NCBI RefSeq assembly: GCF_018977255.1
Contig: NW_024704743.1
Location: forward strand, 114,082,001-114,146,000
DNA from: Callorhinchus milii
Lineage: Eukaryota
Reading direction: 5' to 3'
DNA: 64,000 nt
The notes beneath the pieces were generated by a model that was not told the DNA's origin, ran no database searches, and worked only from the letters and a program-made list of their open reading frames with translations. Made by a program: the position numbers and the translations under genes. Positions 1-12,151 of this stretch are shown here, piece by piece. The stretch's first letter is position 1, and each line of letters begins with the position of its first letter.

Positions 1-156
1 GGGACCAGGACTCCGCCGCTCAGGGCCACTCGCTGTACGTGGCTCTGTTCATCTGCGCCCAATTCATCGTCGGGGTGGGCTCCACACCCATCTACATCCT
101 CGGCCCCACCTACCTGGACGACAACGTTAAGCCGGAGAACGCCTCTCTGTACCTGG
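1..156 (+). CDS. SLCO5A1: SLCO5A1 (OATP5A1) coding exon, 5'-truncated by the window edge
   Basis: Frame from nt 3 reads [51 protein letters not shown], matching the remembered SLCO5A1 segment [40 protein letters not shown]. Donor G|GTAAGT at 156/157, phase 1. Confidence 0.96.
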
Positions 157-725
157 GTAAGTGACCCCCCGACCCCCCCCCCCCACCCCAGACCCTCTCC
201 CCCGACCCCCAACCCCCGACCCCTTCACCATCTCCACAGCCCCAACCCTCACCTCACACCCACCGCACGGGAGGACACCCGGGTTTTTTTTTTTGGGGGG
301 GGTGGGGGGTCATGCCCTCCCTCAAGGTGCTGGTTGGTATCCCCACCCGTGGGGGGGGGTCTCGGTGGGTTAACAATGATGATGGTAATAATCCTTGCGT
401 TTGATATATTCGCCATAATACTACTACTACTACTACTATTAGGAATAATAATAATTCGTTGTAGACGTCTCAAAGCGCTTCCCGGAGTACGTCGCTCCGG
501 TGGATTTGACGGCGCAAGTATTTTGCGCGCGAGGAGTGGTTAAGCACCCGTTGCCTCTGGGTCAGCAGGTTCAGGAGGTTGCCGCTGCGAACCCTCCCGT
601 GGGGAATTTAAGCTCACGGTCCAGGCTGACGCCCCAGTACGGTCCTGAGGCGAGAGCGTTTGTATTGTCGGAGGCGCAGTCCTTCAGATGAGCTGTTCAA
701 CCCAAGTTCCCGCCGGCCAGTGCAG
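1..725. promoter_or_regulatory. GC/CpG-rich segment (3' edge of a probable CpG island) over the exon and intron start
   Basis: Visibly dense CpG in 1-160 and 470-725 compared with the CpG-poor remainder; C and G homopolymer runs at 165-370. Confidence 0.55.
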
Positions 726-950
726 GTGGGCGTTAAAGAACACTTGGCACTACTTAAAAAGAGAACAGAGTTTCTCCAGGTGTCCTGTCCCGGCTAACAA
801 TCCCCCGGATAAAATTGGCTGTTCACTTCATGGCTGTTTGCGAGACGTTGCTATGTGCAAATTGGCTGCTGAGTTTGCCTACGGAATACTCAGCCGCTAC
901 ACTTTGCAGTATTTTTCATGATGCGCTTTGAGATGTTTCAATGACATAAG
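530..950 (+). mobile_element. DeuSINE (SacSINE1/AmnSINE-like Deu domain), near full length and diverged
   Basis: Contains GTCGGAGGCGCAGTCCTTCAGATGAG...GGTGGGCGTTAAAGAACACTTGGCACTA (Deu-domain-like) followed by the shared tail TGTGCAAATTGGCTGC...GCGCTTTGAGATG. Confidence 0.75.
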
Positions 951-1296
951 AATAATAATCCTTGTATTTGATATAACGCCTTACCACGTCTTAGAGAAGT
1001 CTCAATGCGCTTCACAGAACATACTGCCAAGTGAATTGACTATATATTTGTGGGTGAAATTGCGCACAGCAGTGTCCTACAAACAGTCATTTATTGAGTG
1101 AAATTTTTTTTNGAAGGATATATTACCTCCGGAAAAGCTATCCGCCATTCGACTAACAGCCAGCTTCCTACTTACTGCGAGATAAACAGCGGCGTGTGGA
1201 GTAAGCAAACTTGCCCAATGCTTGACCTTGCTCAGGAATCGAACCCAGGTTCTCTTGCTTGTGAGGCAACTAAGCCCTAAGCTACTGGACTCCACA
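951..1296 (-). mobile_element. tRNA-headed CORE-like SINE, full length
   Basis: Reverse complement of head TGTGGAGTCC..TAGCTTAG..GGGTTCGATTCC, CORE-like TTGGGCAAGTTT..., and (ATT)n tail. Confidence 0.85.
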
Positions 1297-1419
1297 TGAT
1301 AAGGCATTATACCCAATGCATTATCGTCAATGAATGGATACAGTAAATAATGGTCCTTTGCATTTGGTATAGCATTTCTAATATCAAAATACATCATTGT
1401 GCTTCAAAGGTAATTACTG

Positions 1420-2150
1420 CCAAGTGTGAGGCATTTGTAAGCAAACACAGAGGTCAATTTGCTCACAACAAGATTGCACAAACTAGTCATAAAGTTAAGT
1501 ACTAATTTAATCGGAGGATTGTTACGCAGGGCAGTGGGAGAAACTCCCCTCTTTTCAAATTGTGTCTGGGAATTATGTTTATTATTATATTAAATTATGT
1601 CAGGGGATCTTTTATGTTTAACTGTACAGGCTGATATGAGTTCTGTTTAAAGTCTCATGGAAAGGACTTCCTCATTGTTCCCTCATCACTGGATTGCCAA
1701 CCAAGACTATGAGCACAAGTTCTGACATGGTGCTTGAACCCACAAGCTCCCACTCAGAAGTGAAAATGTTACAAACTCACCTGACATAGTAATTAATAAC
1801 ACTAATCCTTATATTTGGTGTAGCTCCTTTCATGTCAGGAGGATGTCCCAAAACGCTCCACAGGATGTAAAGTGCAGTGACTGTGTGTTTTGTAGATGAA
1901 TGTAGCAGCTAATTTGCAGCACAGCAATGTTCCACAAGCAACCATGAAGTGAATGAGCAAATTTATTTGGAAGTTTTATTGGCAAGGACACAAGGAGAAA
2001 CTTGCTTCTCTTTTCGAACAGTGCCGTAGGATCTTTAATGACAGGGCATTGGTTTAATGTTTCATCCGAATAACAGAACCTCCAAAAATGCAACACGCAC
2101 ACACAGCCCTGTATTGAAATGCACCTTAGACTATATGAGTTCCAAGTCCT
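1420..2150 (-). mobile_element. Two tandem DeuSINE copies (~1420-1790 and ~1795-2150)
   Basis: Each shows reverse-complement Deu motifs (GGGATCTTT..ATGT, GGTTTAATGTTTCATCCGAA) plus tail or head remnants such as CTTGAACCCACAAG. Confidence 0.7.
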
Positions 2151-2756
2151 GATGTAATTTGTCACATGAATAAAATAAGCACATTTGGCAACAGTGGGGG
2201 GCGGGGGGTGGGGGGGAGGGGGAGTGGGGGGTGAGGTGGTTGTCTTTTTAATTAATAAACCAGAAATAAAAGAGAACAATTTTCAGATTAACAGGTTCTG
2301 ATGCAAAGGCAATCCCTACAGTACGTCTGTTTCATATGATGATGAACGCAGTAAAACCTGAGGGATGATCATTTTTGAATAGTACTTTTTTTCTCTGTTT
2401 TTGAACAAGACGTGTTTTTTAAAAAAAAATTCAACAGGAATGTGCGGTGAAACAATTAGATGAAACAAACATTATCCATTTTGTTTAGTAGGAAACATGT
2501 TAGCGGTTTCACTGAATACTGTCTTTGTGTGAGGTTTTTTATGAGTGTAGTTGAGTACCACTCTCGTAATTTCGAAGTCAAAAGGCGTAATTATTGACTG
2601 CAACATTGTAGTTATAAGAGGTTAAAAATTGCCCAGAATGTTACTAAAGTGCCTTTGGTATCCTTTAGCTTCACACAATATAACACCTTCTTGGTCAGAA
2701 GTATTTAGCCTGTAATTGTTACCAATATGTTACATCAAATAAGTACTTTAAAGACG

Positions 2757-3110
2757 TCACTTATCATGTCTTCGAGACGTCCCAAAGTGCTTCACAGAAT
2801 ATATTGTAAAGTGAATTGACGGTACTTTTGGGGGCGAAATGAGGCAGCCAGTTGCGAACAGCAATGACCCACAAGCAGTCGTGGATTGAGTGACCAATTT
2901 TAAAAGAAAGATTGTATTTTCTTAAGGGATTATTTCCCTGGAAAAGCGATCCGCCATTCGACTAACACCCGGGTTCCTACTTATAGCTGGGTAAACAGAG
3001 GAGTGTGGAATAAGGAAACTTGCCTAACGTTTCACCCTGCCCGGGAATCAAACCTTGGTCCTCTTGCTTGCGAAGCGAGTGCTCTAACCAATACGCTAAA
3101 GGACTCCACA
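2757..3110 (-). mobile_element. tRNA-headed CORE-like SINE
   Basis: Same family as 951-1296; ends GCTAAAGGACTCCACA. Confidence 0.88.
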
Positions 3111-4597
3111 TTTTTTAATCAATGGAAAACTAGATGATTCAACTTTTTCAATAATCCGCTGGACTATGATTTAAGAGTTGTGATATTCCATGTTGGCGAC
3201 TGTTCCCACACAATGAGTTCCTGACCTGAGCCATGCCCCTGTGGAGGATGGACCTTTAATTAGGGGGTCTAGCGCACCTCCAAATGGGAAAGTGCTTTGA
3301 CAAATGCCTGGTTTCCTGCTGGTACTTTTTAATGGGGGAAATCTTTTGTAGTGTTAGGAGGTACAGTATTTTAAAAAAAGGAAAAATAAGATGGAGATTA
3401 AATTAATTGGTTATTCTAACACACAGACTGTGAACAGAAACCCCTGTTGGCTCATAATTTTGAAGATCTAATTTTTCAATCACTTCGAATGATTTGCGAG
3501 GTTAGGTGAGGACAGTGTACATTTGTGGCCATCTGTCATAGCAGATACATAAACAAAGCTACAGTTGTAACCCCAGCTCTGCTAAATTACATGTCTGAAA
3601 TATTTACTGATGGATTATTCTGGATCACCTGCTGCGTGTTCCCAGCGACTTCTGTTTTTATTTGTTCTGGGATCTTGCTGCATCTGTACTTTGTGTAACA
3701 AGCTTGCATGGTCAAATCAGTCACTCATTTTTTTAGCGTTCATACATTTAATACGACTTATGAAAGTATGAATTATGTGAAATTTGTATAAGTTAAATGA
3801 AATTCAATGGAACTGGGGCAGAATGTACTAACTAAGAGATTATATGATTGATACACATCAGACTTATGTGAGTTTTATGTGAACTTGCAAGATTTATATT
3901 CTAGCTCTGAAGCTGTTTATGTTCACCCATTTTCACGATTGTTGTAGAGAATAATAGCGTGACCCTTCCCTTTGCAGAATCAAAAGTTATTTGATGTGTT
4001 TCAACAGAATCCGCTTCATAATTTTTCACAATTTTGCTTAGAATTGCCCACAGAGATGTGTTTCTTCCTTTTCAATATTCAGCAGCTGTGAGAAGCAATG
4101 TTGTTTTTGCTCTGTGGGAGTCTTGAAAAGCTGCAGGTTTATGTCTGTGTGAAAAATAAACATGCCTGGCAGCTGAGTACCTCTCAGGCCTCAATGAGCA
4201 AATCCTTGTAAATTCATAAACACAGTAAGGGAGTCCCAGGCTGCTAGTTAATGCAGAGGGTAATATATGCTGAGAAAGGATTCACACCGCTGATTGTAAA
4301 CTGGGTCAAGAAAATGGCATTGAGCATTACCAGAGTGTTTAGGCAAGGCATCTTAAAATGTAATCAATGAGAACAGACATTAATGAAAGTAGGTTAGATT
4401 TATAGGAGAACATGAGCTTGCCTTATAATGATGGAACTTATAGGGTCCTCGCTCTTTGTTTTGGTAGAGGTAGAGTACAGGGGTTGTTTCACAGCTTCTT
4501 CAGGACAGGGAGAATTGCTGTGGCCCAAAATCTAGCATCTCTTTGCCCATTAGATGATTTTGTCTGAAGATTGAAGATCACCCAAATTTATAACAAT

Positions 4598-5243
4598 AGT
4601 AATAATAATCCTTGCATTGATATAGAGCCTTAGCACGTTGTTGTGACTTCTCAAGGCCCTTCACAAAATATACTGTGAAGTGGACTGATTTTGAGGATGA
4701 ATGTGGCAGTCAATTTGTACACAACAATGTCCCACAAACAGCCATGGAGTGAGTAGTCAATTTTATTTGGGAGATTTGTTGGCCTGGAGAAAATCCCTTC
4801 CCTTTTCAAATAGTGCCATGGGAGTCCTGTAGCTCAATGGTTAAAGCACTCACCTTGCAAGCAAGAGATCTGGGTTCGATTCCCGGCAGGGCGACATGTT
4901 TGGCAAGTTTTCTTACTCCACACGCCTCTGTTTATCTAGCAATAAGTAGGAGCCTGGTTGTTAGATGATTGGCGGATTGCTTTTCTGGGAGTAATAATTC
5001 CTTAAAAAAAATTGGTCACTTCAATCCATGACTGTTTGTGGGATACTGCTGTGCACAATTGGCTGCCGCATCTCACCCACAAAATATACAGTCAATTCAC
5101 TTTACAATATATTCTGTGAAGCGCTTTGTGATGTCTTGAAGATGTGATAAGGTGCTATATCAAATGCAAGGCTTATTATTATTATTTAAAGTCCACCTGA
5201 ACAAGCAGACAGGACCTCGGTTTTAACGTCTCATCTGAAGGAC
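4598..5243 (-). mobile_element. DeuSINE (-) split by a CORE-like SINE insertion
   Basis: TAGTGCCATGG at 4811-4821 resumes as TTTAAAGTCCACCTGAAC...GACCTCGGTTTTAACGTCTCATCTGAAGGA at 5185-5243. Confidence 0.8.
4821..5186 (+). mobile_element. tRNA-headed CORE-like SINE, full length, nested in a DeuSINE
   Basis: A box TAGCTCAATGG, B box GGTTCGATTCC, CORE-like segment, tail ending TATATCAAATGCAAGGCTTATTATTATT. Confidence 0.9.
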
Positions 5244-5523
5244 AATTACTTTAATCCCAAATTCCTACTTTTTCCCACACCCTGAAACAACTGTTTAATT
5301 ACAATAAATCTGATCCAGTGTACTGTGTGTGGTATCCAGGGCTCATTGTTTAGTACTGAAAAGTTCATGGTTCTCTACAGAATTAAGTTTATAAATAACC
5401 TTTCACAGCCAATGATCCAGCTGATTTGGGTCACTATTGTTAGAAAATAAAATCAGCCAAATCTGCAAGGAAATAACGCTAATTCCTCTAACCAGATATC
5501 AGACTGTTTTATTATAATTCGTT

Positions 5524-6085
5524 CGTTACTCCCCAATATCCCGATGGGTCAGACCAAAGCCCGGTACAATCAAAAGATCTTATAACAGAATAACACCACT
5601 ATAGATATCTCAAGTTCAAGAGTTCAACACTGTGTCTTTCCAGCACACAAGCTTGATTCTTCATGCTTTCAGTCTTCTTGCTTACAGCTTTCAATCTTCC
5701 ATCTCCGTACCCTTGTCTCCGCAGCCTGGGATGGCTCCGTCTCTCTTATCCTTGTCTCTGCGACCCAGGACGGCTCCATCTCCCATGTCCTTGTCTCCGT
5801 GACCCGGGATGGCTCCATCTCCCGTATCCTTGTCTCCGCGACCCGGGACGGCCCCGTACACAAAGTTACCGGAACTCCTATACCAATATTCATCCAATCA
5901 TGGTGCGGACATTAGATCACCAGGTCGAAATCATGCTGGGTTCACGTGAACACCTCATGGGTTGTACGTACCTCACACACACAAACACACTGTCCTTGAG
6001 ACAGTCCGTTATCTCGTGTACGTGCAGGGAGTTTCAGTCCAGCTGCCCACAACACACTTAACTTAAAAGTTAACCCGTTCGCAAC
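5524..6085 (-). mobile_element. Candidate solo LTR containing the 39-bp minisatellite
   Basis: Minus strand begins TGTTGCGAAC; CCAAT motifs and a TATA-like element near 5878-5900; CpG-rich relative to flanks. Left end and TSD unclear. Confidence 0.4.
5697..5851. repeat. Minisatellite, 4 copies of a ~39-bp unit
   Basis: Unit approximately CTCCATCTCCCGTATCCTTGTCTCCGCGACCCGGGACGG, repeated four times with substitutions. Confidence 0.92.
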
Positions 6086-6769
6086 ATCTATTATGATTCT
6101 ATCATTATACAAAAAAATAGAAAGATTCTTCGATAAAGGGTGAAAATAGAACTTAAACTGATGTTTAATTAAAAAATGTAATAAAAGTGGGGATTGTAGT
6201 AGGTATTTTGTAAACAATTCCTGAGGCCGCAAATTCTATCTTGTTTTAGCCTTAAACAACAATAACATTTATATGGTACCCTTCATGCAGGGTAGCATCT
6301 CGGAGTGCTTAACAGTGGTGGAGGCTGATGCTACGCCGGGGGTTGGGGAGAAGTGACTGTAGGCATGGTCGAATAGGAAGGTCTTCAGGCTTGATCTGAA
6401 AATGGCGAAGGAGGGGCAAGGTGGAGGGATTGAGGGAGAGAGTTCCAAAGTTTCAGGGCATAGTGGCTGAAAGCATGGTCGAGTAGTGCCATGAGAACTT
6501 TAAACGTCCACCTGAACAGACAGATGAGACCTCGGTTTAACATCTCATCGGTGGAAGGCACTACCGACAAAGCAGCAGTGCACGGGAACATCAGCTAGAC
6601 TCTGTGATTGCAAAGTCTCGAAGTGGAGCTGGTCAGTATATTATGTGACTGCATCCATATCAGTTTGTATTTTACCTCAAATAATGAGGTACGGAAAACA
6701 TTTTTTTTTGTTTTAAAGATCTTAAAGTTTATAATTTTGAAATAAAACACAGCTGTGTCTGTATTGACG

Positions 6770-7165
6770 GTAGCAATTTCCCACGAACAGCCAAGAAGGG
6801 AATAACCAATTTTGATTGTTAATCAGGAAGAAACTCGCTTCTCTTTTAGAATACAACAACAACAACAACAACAAGATTCCATTTATAAAGCGCCTTTCAC
6901 GTCAGGAGGACGTCCCAATAGACGTCCCAAGAATAGTGCCTTGGGAACTTTAACACTCATTTGAACTGCCAGTCGGGACCTTGGATTAATCCAAAGGATT
7001 AAAGCCCGAACAATGCTGTGCTATTACAGCTATACATTCCACAGTGCTATATTGGAGTCAGCCGAACTATACTATATCAGTTCAAAGATCCAATGTGGGG
7101 CTTGAACTCACAATCTCTTGACTGAGACGCAAGCATCCTACAGTACAAAAAGACCAAGGCTGACA
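6770..7165 (-). mobile_element. DeuSINE with a short L2-tail insertion (~6854-6929; AGAATA duplicated)
   Basis: TTTTAGAATA|(CAA)n..AAAGCGCCTTTCACGTCAGGAGGACGTCCCA..|AGAATAGTGCCTTGGGAACTTTAAC. Confidence 0.7.
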
Positions 7166-7936
7166 TCTAGAATACAAGTGCTGTGGAAATACAAGTATCA
7201 TTATTGATTTACTGTGTTTTATTTCCTAATCTGAGTGCTCTGTCTTCACTAGGGCCACTTGGGTACCATGATTTTTTTGCAGGTTGAAAATGACAGTAGG
7301 TCACATCTCTGTGGACCTGTGAAGCTGATTCTCATGAAATGTGATTGACAGGAATGCTGTGCACATGACATTCTACTGCTCAGTGATACAATTTGCTCAT
7401 ACTTTATCAAGGAAGAAAAAGCTCTTTCAATAGATCAGTAAGAGATGCTGTAACTTGAGGAATGAAAGATATGGAGAATGTAAATAGTAATGAATTAAAG
7501 ACAGAATTAAAGTGGCAATAAAAAAAATTGGTCATTCATTTCATAGCTGTTTGTGGGATGTTGCTTTGTGCAAATTGGGCGGCTGTGTTTGCTTTCAAAT
7601 ACACAGTTACTCCTCCGGTTCACAGTAAATGATCTAAGCACTTTGGAATGTCCTCCTGACATGAAAGGTGCTGTACCAAATGCAAGGATTATTACTGTTG
7701 TTGTTATTATTATTATTATTGTTGTACGAGGTGCTTGTCATTACTATTCATTTTCAGACACAGCTCTCGTCACTCTCAACCCCAAATTGAGAAGTGGTGA
7801 AAGTAGGATTCAGTGATGAATAGGGCTGGGTAGGGGTGGAGGGACGGGGGGTCAGGTAGTGTGATTTTTAAGGCAGTTTTTTTGTTGTTGGATTTCTGAT
7901 TTTTCACACTATGTGATGAGTCCTGTGTTTCACACT

Positions 7937-9262
7937 AGAGTGACTGAGCAATTGGACAAGTATGAGCTAGTCAAAGAAAGTCTGCATGGATGTTTGAAGT
8001 GTAGATCAAGTCTGACAAATCTCATTGCATTTTTTGAGATCACTAACATGGTGGATAAGAGAGTGTCATATGGATGTCATCTGCATGGACTTCCAGAAGG
8101 CATTTGATAAGATTCCACATAAGAGGTTGTTAGCAAAAATAACAGCGCATGAAATCGGAGGTAACCTTGCAACCTGGCTTCATAATTGTTTGGGAAGCAG
8201 AAACAGAGAGTAGGGATAAAAGGAACATTCTCTGATTGATGGAACATGACAAGTGGTGCTCCCCAGTGTTCTGTAAAGGGGCCTCAGTTTTACACCATAT
8301 ATTTAAATGATTTGGATTTAGGATTAGAGAGCTTTATATCAAAATTTGCAGATAGGAGGCACAGTAAATTGTGTAGATGGGAGCAGGAAGTTACAAAGGG
8401 ACAGAGATTTAAGTGAGTGGGCAAAACTGTGGCAGGTGGAATTCAATGTGGGGAAGTGTGAGGCTATCCACTATGCATCCAAAAACAGCAAAACAGGATA
8501 TTTTCTAAATGGTGAGAAACTAAGAACAAAGAGATTTGGGTGTCCACATACACAAATTATTCAAAATAAGCTCACAGGCACAAAAAATTATCAAAAAGGC
8601 TAATTGGATGTTGGCCTTTATTTCAAAGGGGCTGGAAAATAAAGGAGAGGAAATTATGGTTCAACTATATAGAGCCTTGATCAGTCCCCATCTGAAGTAC
8701 GGGAGTTCAATTTTGGACCTCAATTTTGGACCACTGCACCTCAGGAATGATACATTGGCTCTGGGGCGGGGGGTGAGGGGGTGCAGTGCAGATTCAACAG
8801 AATGATACCAGGGCTAAAAGGGTTAAACTATGAGGGTATGTTGCATAAACTTGGTCTCTATTCCCTTGAGTTTAGAAGGTTGAGGGGTGATCTGAGCGAG
8901 ATTTTTAAAATAATAAAGGGATTTGATAAAGTTGATACAGAGAAACTATTTCCTATGGTAGGGTAAACCAGAACAAGGGGGCATAATCTTAAAATTAGAG
9001 CTAGCCCATTTAGTAGTGAAATTAGGAGGCAGTTTTTCACCCAAAAGGTAGTGGAAATCTGGAACTCTCTCCCCCAAAAGGCTGTGGATGCTGGATCCAT
9101 TCACATTATCAAGACTGAGGTGGATAGTTATTTGTTAGGTCAGGGTAATAAGGGATACTGGGCAAGAGCGAGTAATTGGAATTGAGGTGCAGATCAGCCA
9201 TGATCTTATAGAATGGTGGAACAGGTTCAAGGGGCTGAATGCCTTCTCCTGATTCTACGTTT
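7937..9262 (+). mobile_element. CR1 LINE, 5'-truncated, degenerate ORF2 (RT and C-terminus) plus 3' UTR
   Basis: Fragments [60 protein letters not shown]; shark-type 3' UTR GATCAGCCATGATC..GGGGCTGAATG. Several frameshifts. Confidence 0.93.
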
Positions 9263-9620
9263 GTCCTTTTTAGCTAAAAATTAACCAGAGGAAATAAAAC
9301 TCTAAAGTAGTGGTTATTTGGCACTGGAAAAACTGACAAAACAGGGCCACAAGGTATGTGGTCTACAATAATAAAATTAATTAAACCACAGAGGAAATGT
9401 TAGATTTCCAAAGTTAGTGTAATACTGTCTTCATCTCACCGAGGTTCCAAAGTTCCATCTAATCTCATAAAAGAAAATTACTAGGTTTAATCACTGCATT
9501 GTTCAGTTAGGACCACCCTGACCGTTAGGACTTTGGGTTGCAGGCTTAACAGGAGCTGAGTGGGATAATTTACTGCCTTGCTTGCTAACTCAGGGATAAA
9601 TGTAGCTGAATATAATATAA

Positions 9621-9979
9621 TAATAATTGCATTTGATATAGCGCCTTATCACGTCTTCGGGACGTCTCAAAGCGCTTCACAGAATATACTGTAATGTGAA
9701 TTAACTGTATATTCTGTGGGCGAAACGCAGCAGCCAATTGGCAACAGTAGTGTCGCACAAACAATCATAGATTGAGTGACCAATTTTTTTAAAAGGATTC
9801 TTACCCCTGGAATTGCGATCTGCCAATTGACTAATAACCAGGTTCCTACTTACTGCTAGGTAAACAGAGGCATGTGGAGTAAGGAAACTTGCCCAACATT
9901 TCGCCCTGCCCTGGAATCAAACCCAGTTCCTTTCGCTTGTGAGGCAAGTTATCTAACCACTAAGCTACATGACCCCACA
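9621..9979 (-). mobile_element. tRNA-headed CORE-like SINE, full length
   Basis: Same family; tail and head both present. Confidence 0.9.
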
Positions 9980-10006
9980 GGGATAAGGAGTTTAGGAATA
10001 AGTTTA

Positions 10007-10280
10007 TCATAGAATCATAGACTCATAGAATTATACAGCACAGAAGGAAACCATTCGGCTCATCGTGTCTGTGCCAGCTCTTTGAAAAGAGCTATCTAAA
10101 TCAATCCCACTCCCCCGCTCTCTCCCCATAGCCCTATAAACTTGTCTCTCCAAATAATTATCTACTTCTCTCTTAAAAATTGATATTGAATCAGCTTCCA
10201 CCACGCTTTCAGGCAATGCCTTCCAGATCCGAACAACTCACTGTGTGAAAACATTTCTTCTCAACTCCCCTCTGTTTCTA
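10007..10280 (-). mobile_element. CR1 3' fragment with (TTCTATGA)n tail
   Basis: TCATAGAATCATAGA repeats; minus-strand peptide PESVVEADSISIFKREVDNYL (CR1 ORF2 C-terminus). Confidence 0.85.
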
Positions 10281-11886
10281 TTTTAAATGTGTAAATGTAA
10301 CTATTTAGTTTCAAATGTGAAAAAACACAATTGAGCTTTGAATGTAATTAAATTGTTGTAAAAATAAGTAAATTTTAAGTACAGTGGGCTGAAAGGTAAT
10401 GGGGTCAGAGTTTGCAGGATTTATTTACATATCCTTGTAATATTCTAAATATGCTTCAAATTGAGTGAGTGCAGAAGTCGTGTGTGATTGTCAGCTGACT
10501 TCAGGATTTCATCTGAAAATATATTCTTAAATAATATTCTTTAGTGAACCCATAGTTCTGCAAGAAGTCTGGTCTCTGGACCTATTTCTTGTGTAAGTTT
10601 TCAGTTCAAGCATCGAAAATAATATGTCAAGAAGGTTTCAAAGCACCTTTCAAATATATCTGTAAAGTAGTGATAATATATTTGCAAGTGAATACAGCAG
10701 CCAATTAATATGCTAAAGTGAAATTAAAATATGTTTTGAATTCACCAAGGAAGATCAATAAATGGATGTGAATGAGTTCATAGGACTTGTAATTTTATTG
10801 CAGTTCAATTTGTGGAATCCATATATGTAATTGCTCAAATAAAATTGCCCACTGATGGAGAGTCCATTAAAGGATTTCAGAAAGGAATTAAATAAACTCT
10901 TATCAGTTAGGATTCAACACTATTAGGTTTAGTGGTGGAAAGAACAAACTTGCATTTTATAGTGCCTAATCACATCAAAGCACCTCAATGTACTTTACGG
11001 GTTATTACAGACTGTTGGGAGCGACCTACAAAATACACAGCCAGTTTCCAGTGAATCCTGTGAAGCTCTTTGAGACGTCCTTCCAATCTCGAAAGAGCTG
11101 TATCAAATGCATTATTATTATTATTATATTTGTAGGCACATATGGCAGCCATTTGTGCCAGAATGGCCTCCCAGCAAACCCTGAGTTGAATGAGCAATTT
11201 ATCTGGATAATTGTCAGTCAGGCACTTTTCAAATGGTACCACGGAATCTTTAACACCCACCAGAAAATATGCAGATTCGACCTCAGTTTGAACACTTCAT
11301 CCAAAGGATGGCACCTTTGGCAATGCAGTGTTCCCCGCACTGGAATGTCATCGTAAACTATCAGCTCAAGGCTGTGAGACTTTTGCGCACAATCTAACTG
11401 TCCCATTGTATACATTTACATTTGCAAATACATTTGCAGCAAAGTTTAAAAACTTTGGAGCAAATAAAAGATTTAAAAGTTGAATGTTATTCAAGAAAGC
11501 CTATTTAGGTACTGTAATACCTGGGCATTGGTATGCTAGCTGTTGTAGTGGACTACTAAGAGTGTGAGCCAGTGTGTGAGCTGCTGTCATTCCACCACAC
11601 ATTAGTGCTCCAACTACTGCTTAGTTAAGAAGCCTCGTTGACTGGAGTGTTTCCTACTCATTTCTTCCTCCCTCTCCATAGCTGGGCATTCTTCATGTGT
11701 AAGCCTGCTTCCTCTGCTTGGCGGGTGCAAACTCTTGTCTGTCCAGCGCCTTGTGACATCCTCTCGATAAGAAAGGCACTGTATAAATGCAATTTATTGT
11801 TGTTGTAAGCCAGGGCAGTGAGGGTAGCGAGGAAACCGGGCATATGAAAGTCCAGTCTGATTCTGCCCACAACTGACTGAAGCCAA

Positions 11887-12151
11887 TAATAATAATAATA
11901 ATCCTTGCATTTGGTATAGCGCTTTTCACGTCAGGAGGACGTCCCAAAGCGCTTCACAGAACACATTGTAAAGTGAATTGACTGTATATTTGTGGGCGAA
12001 TGCGGCAGCCAATTGCACACAGCAATGTCCCACAAACAGTCGTAGATTGAAAATGACCAATTTATTATTGTTTTGTTTTGGAGGGATTATTATTAGGCGT
12101 GTGGAGTAAGGAAACTTGCCCAAGGTTTTGCCCTGCCTGGAATTGAACTCA
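11887..12151 (-). mobile_element. CORE-like SINE, internally deleted subfamily
   Basis: GGGATTATTATT joined directly to AGGCGTGTGGAGTAAGG; the same junction occurs at ~48600. Confidence 0.8.

Noticed and set aside
1112..1112. Ambiguous base n (also at 47941)
   Set aside because: Both sit at the end of T homopolymers; assembly uncertainty rather than biology.
5697..5851. Regularly spaced repeats as a possible CRISPR array
   Set aside because: The units are head-to-tail with no unique spacers, and the context is a vertebrate intron.
5663..6061. 132-aa ORF with 13-aa Cys/Pro repeats
   Set aside because: Produced by a 39-bp minisatellite that is open in several frames on both strands; no splice or homology support.
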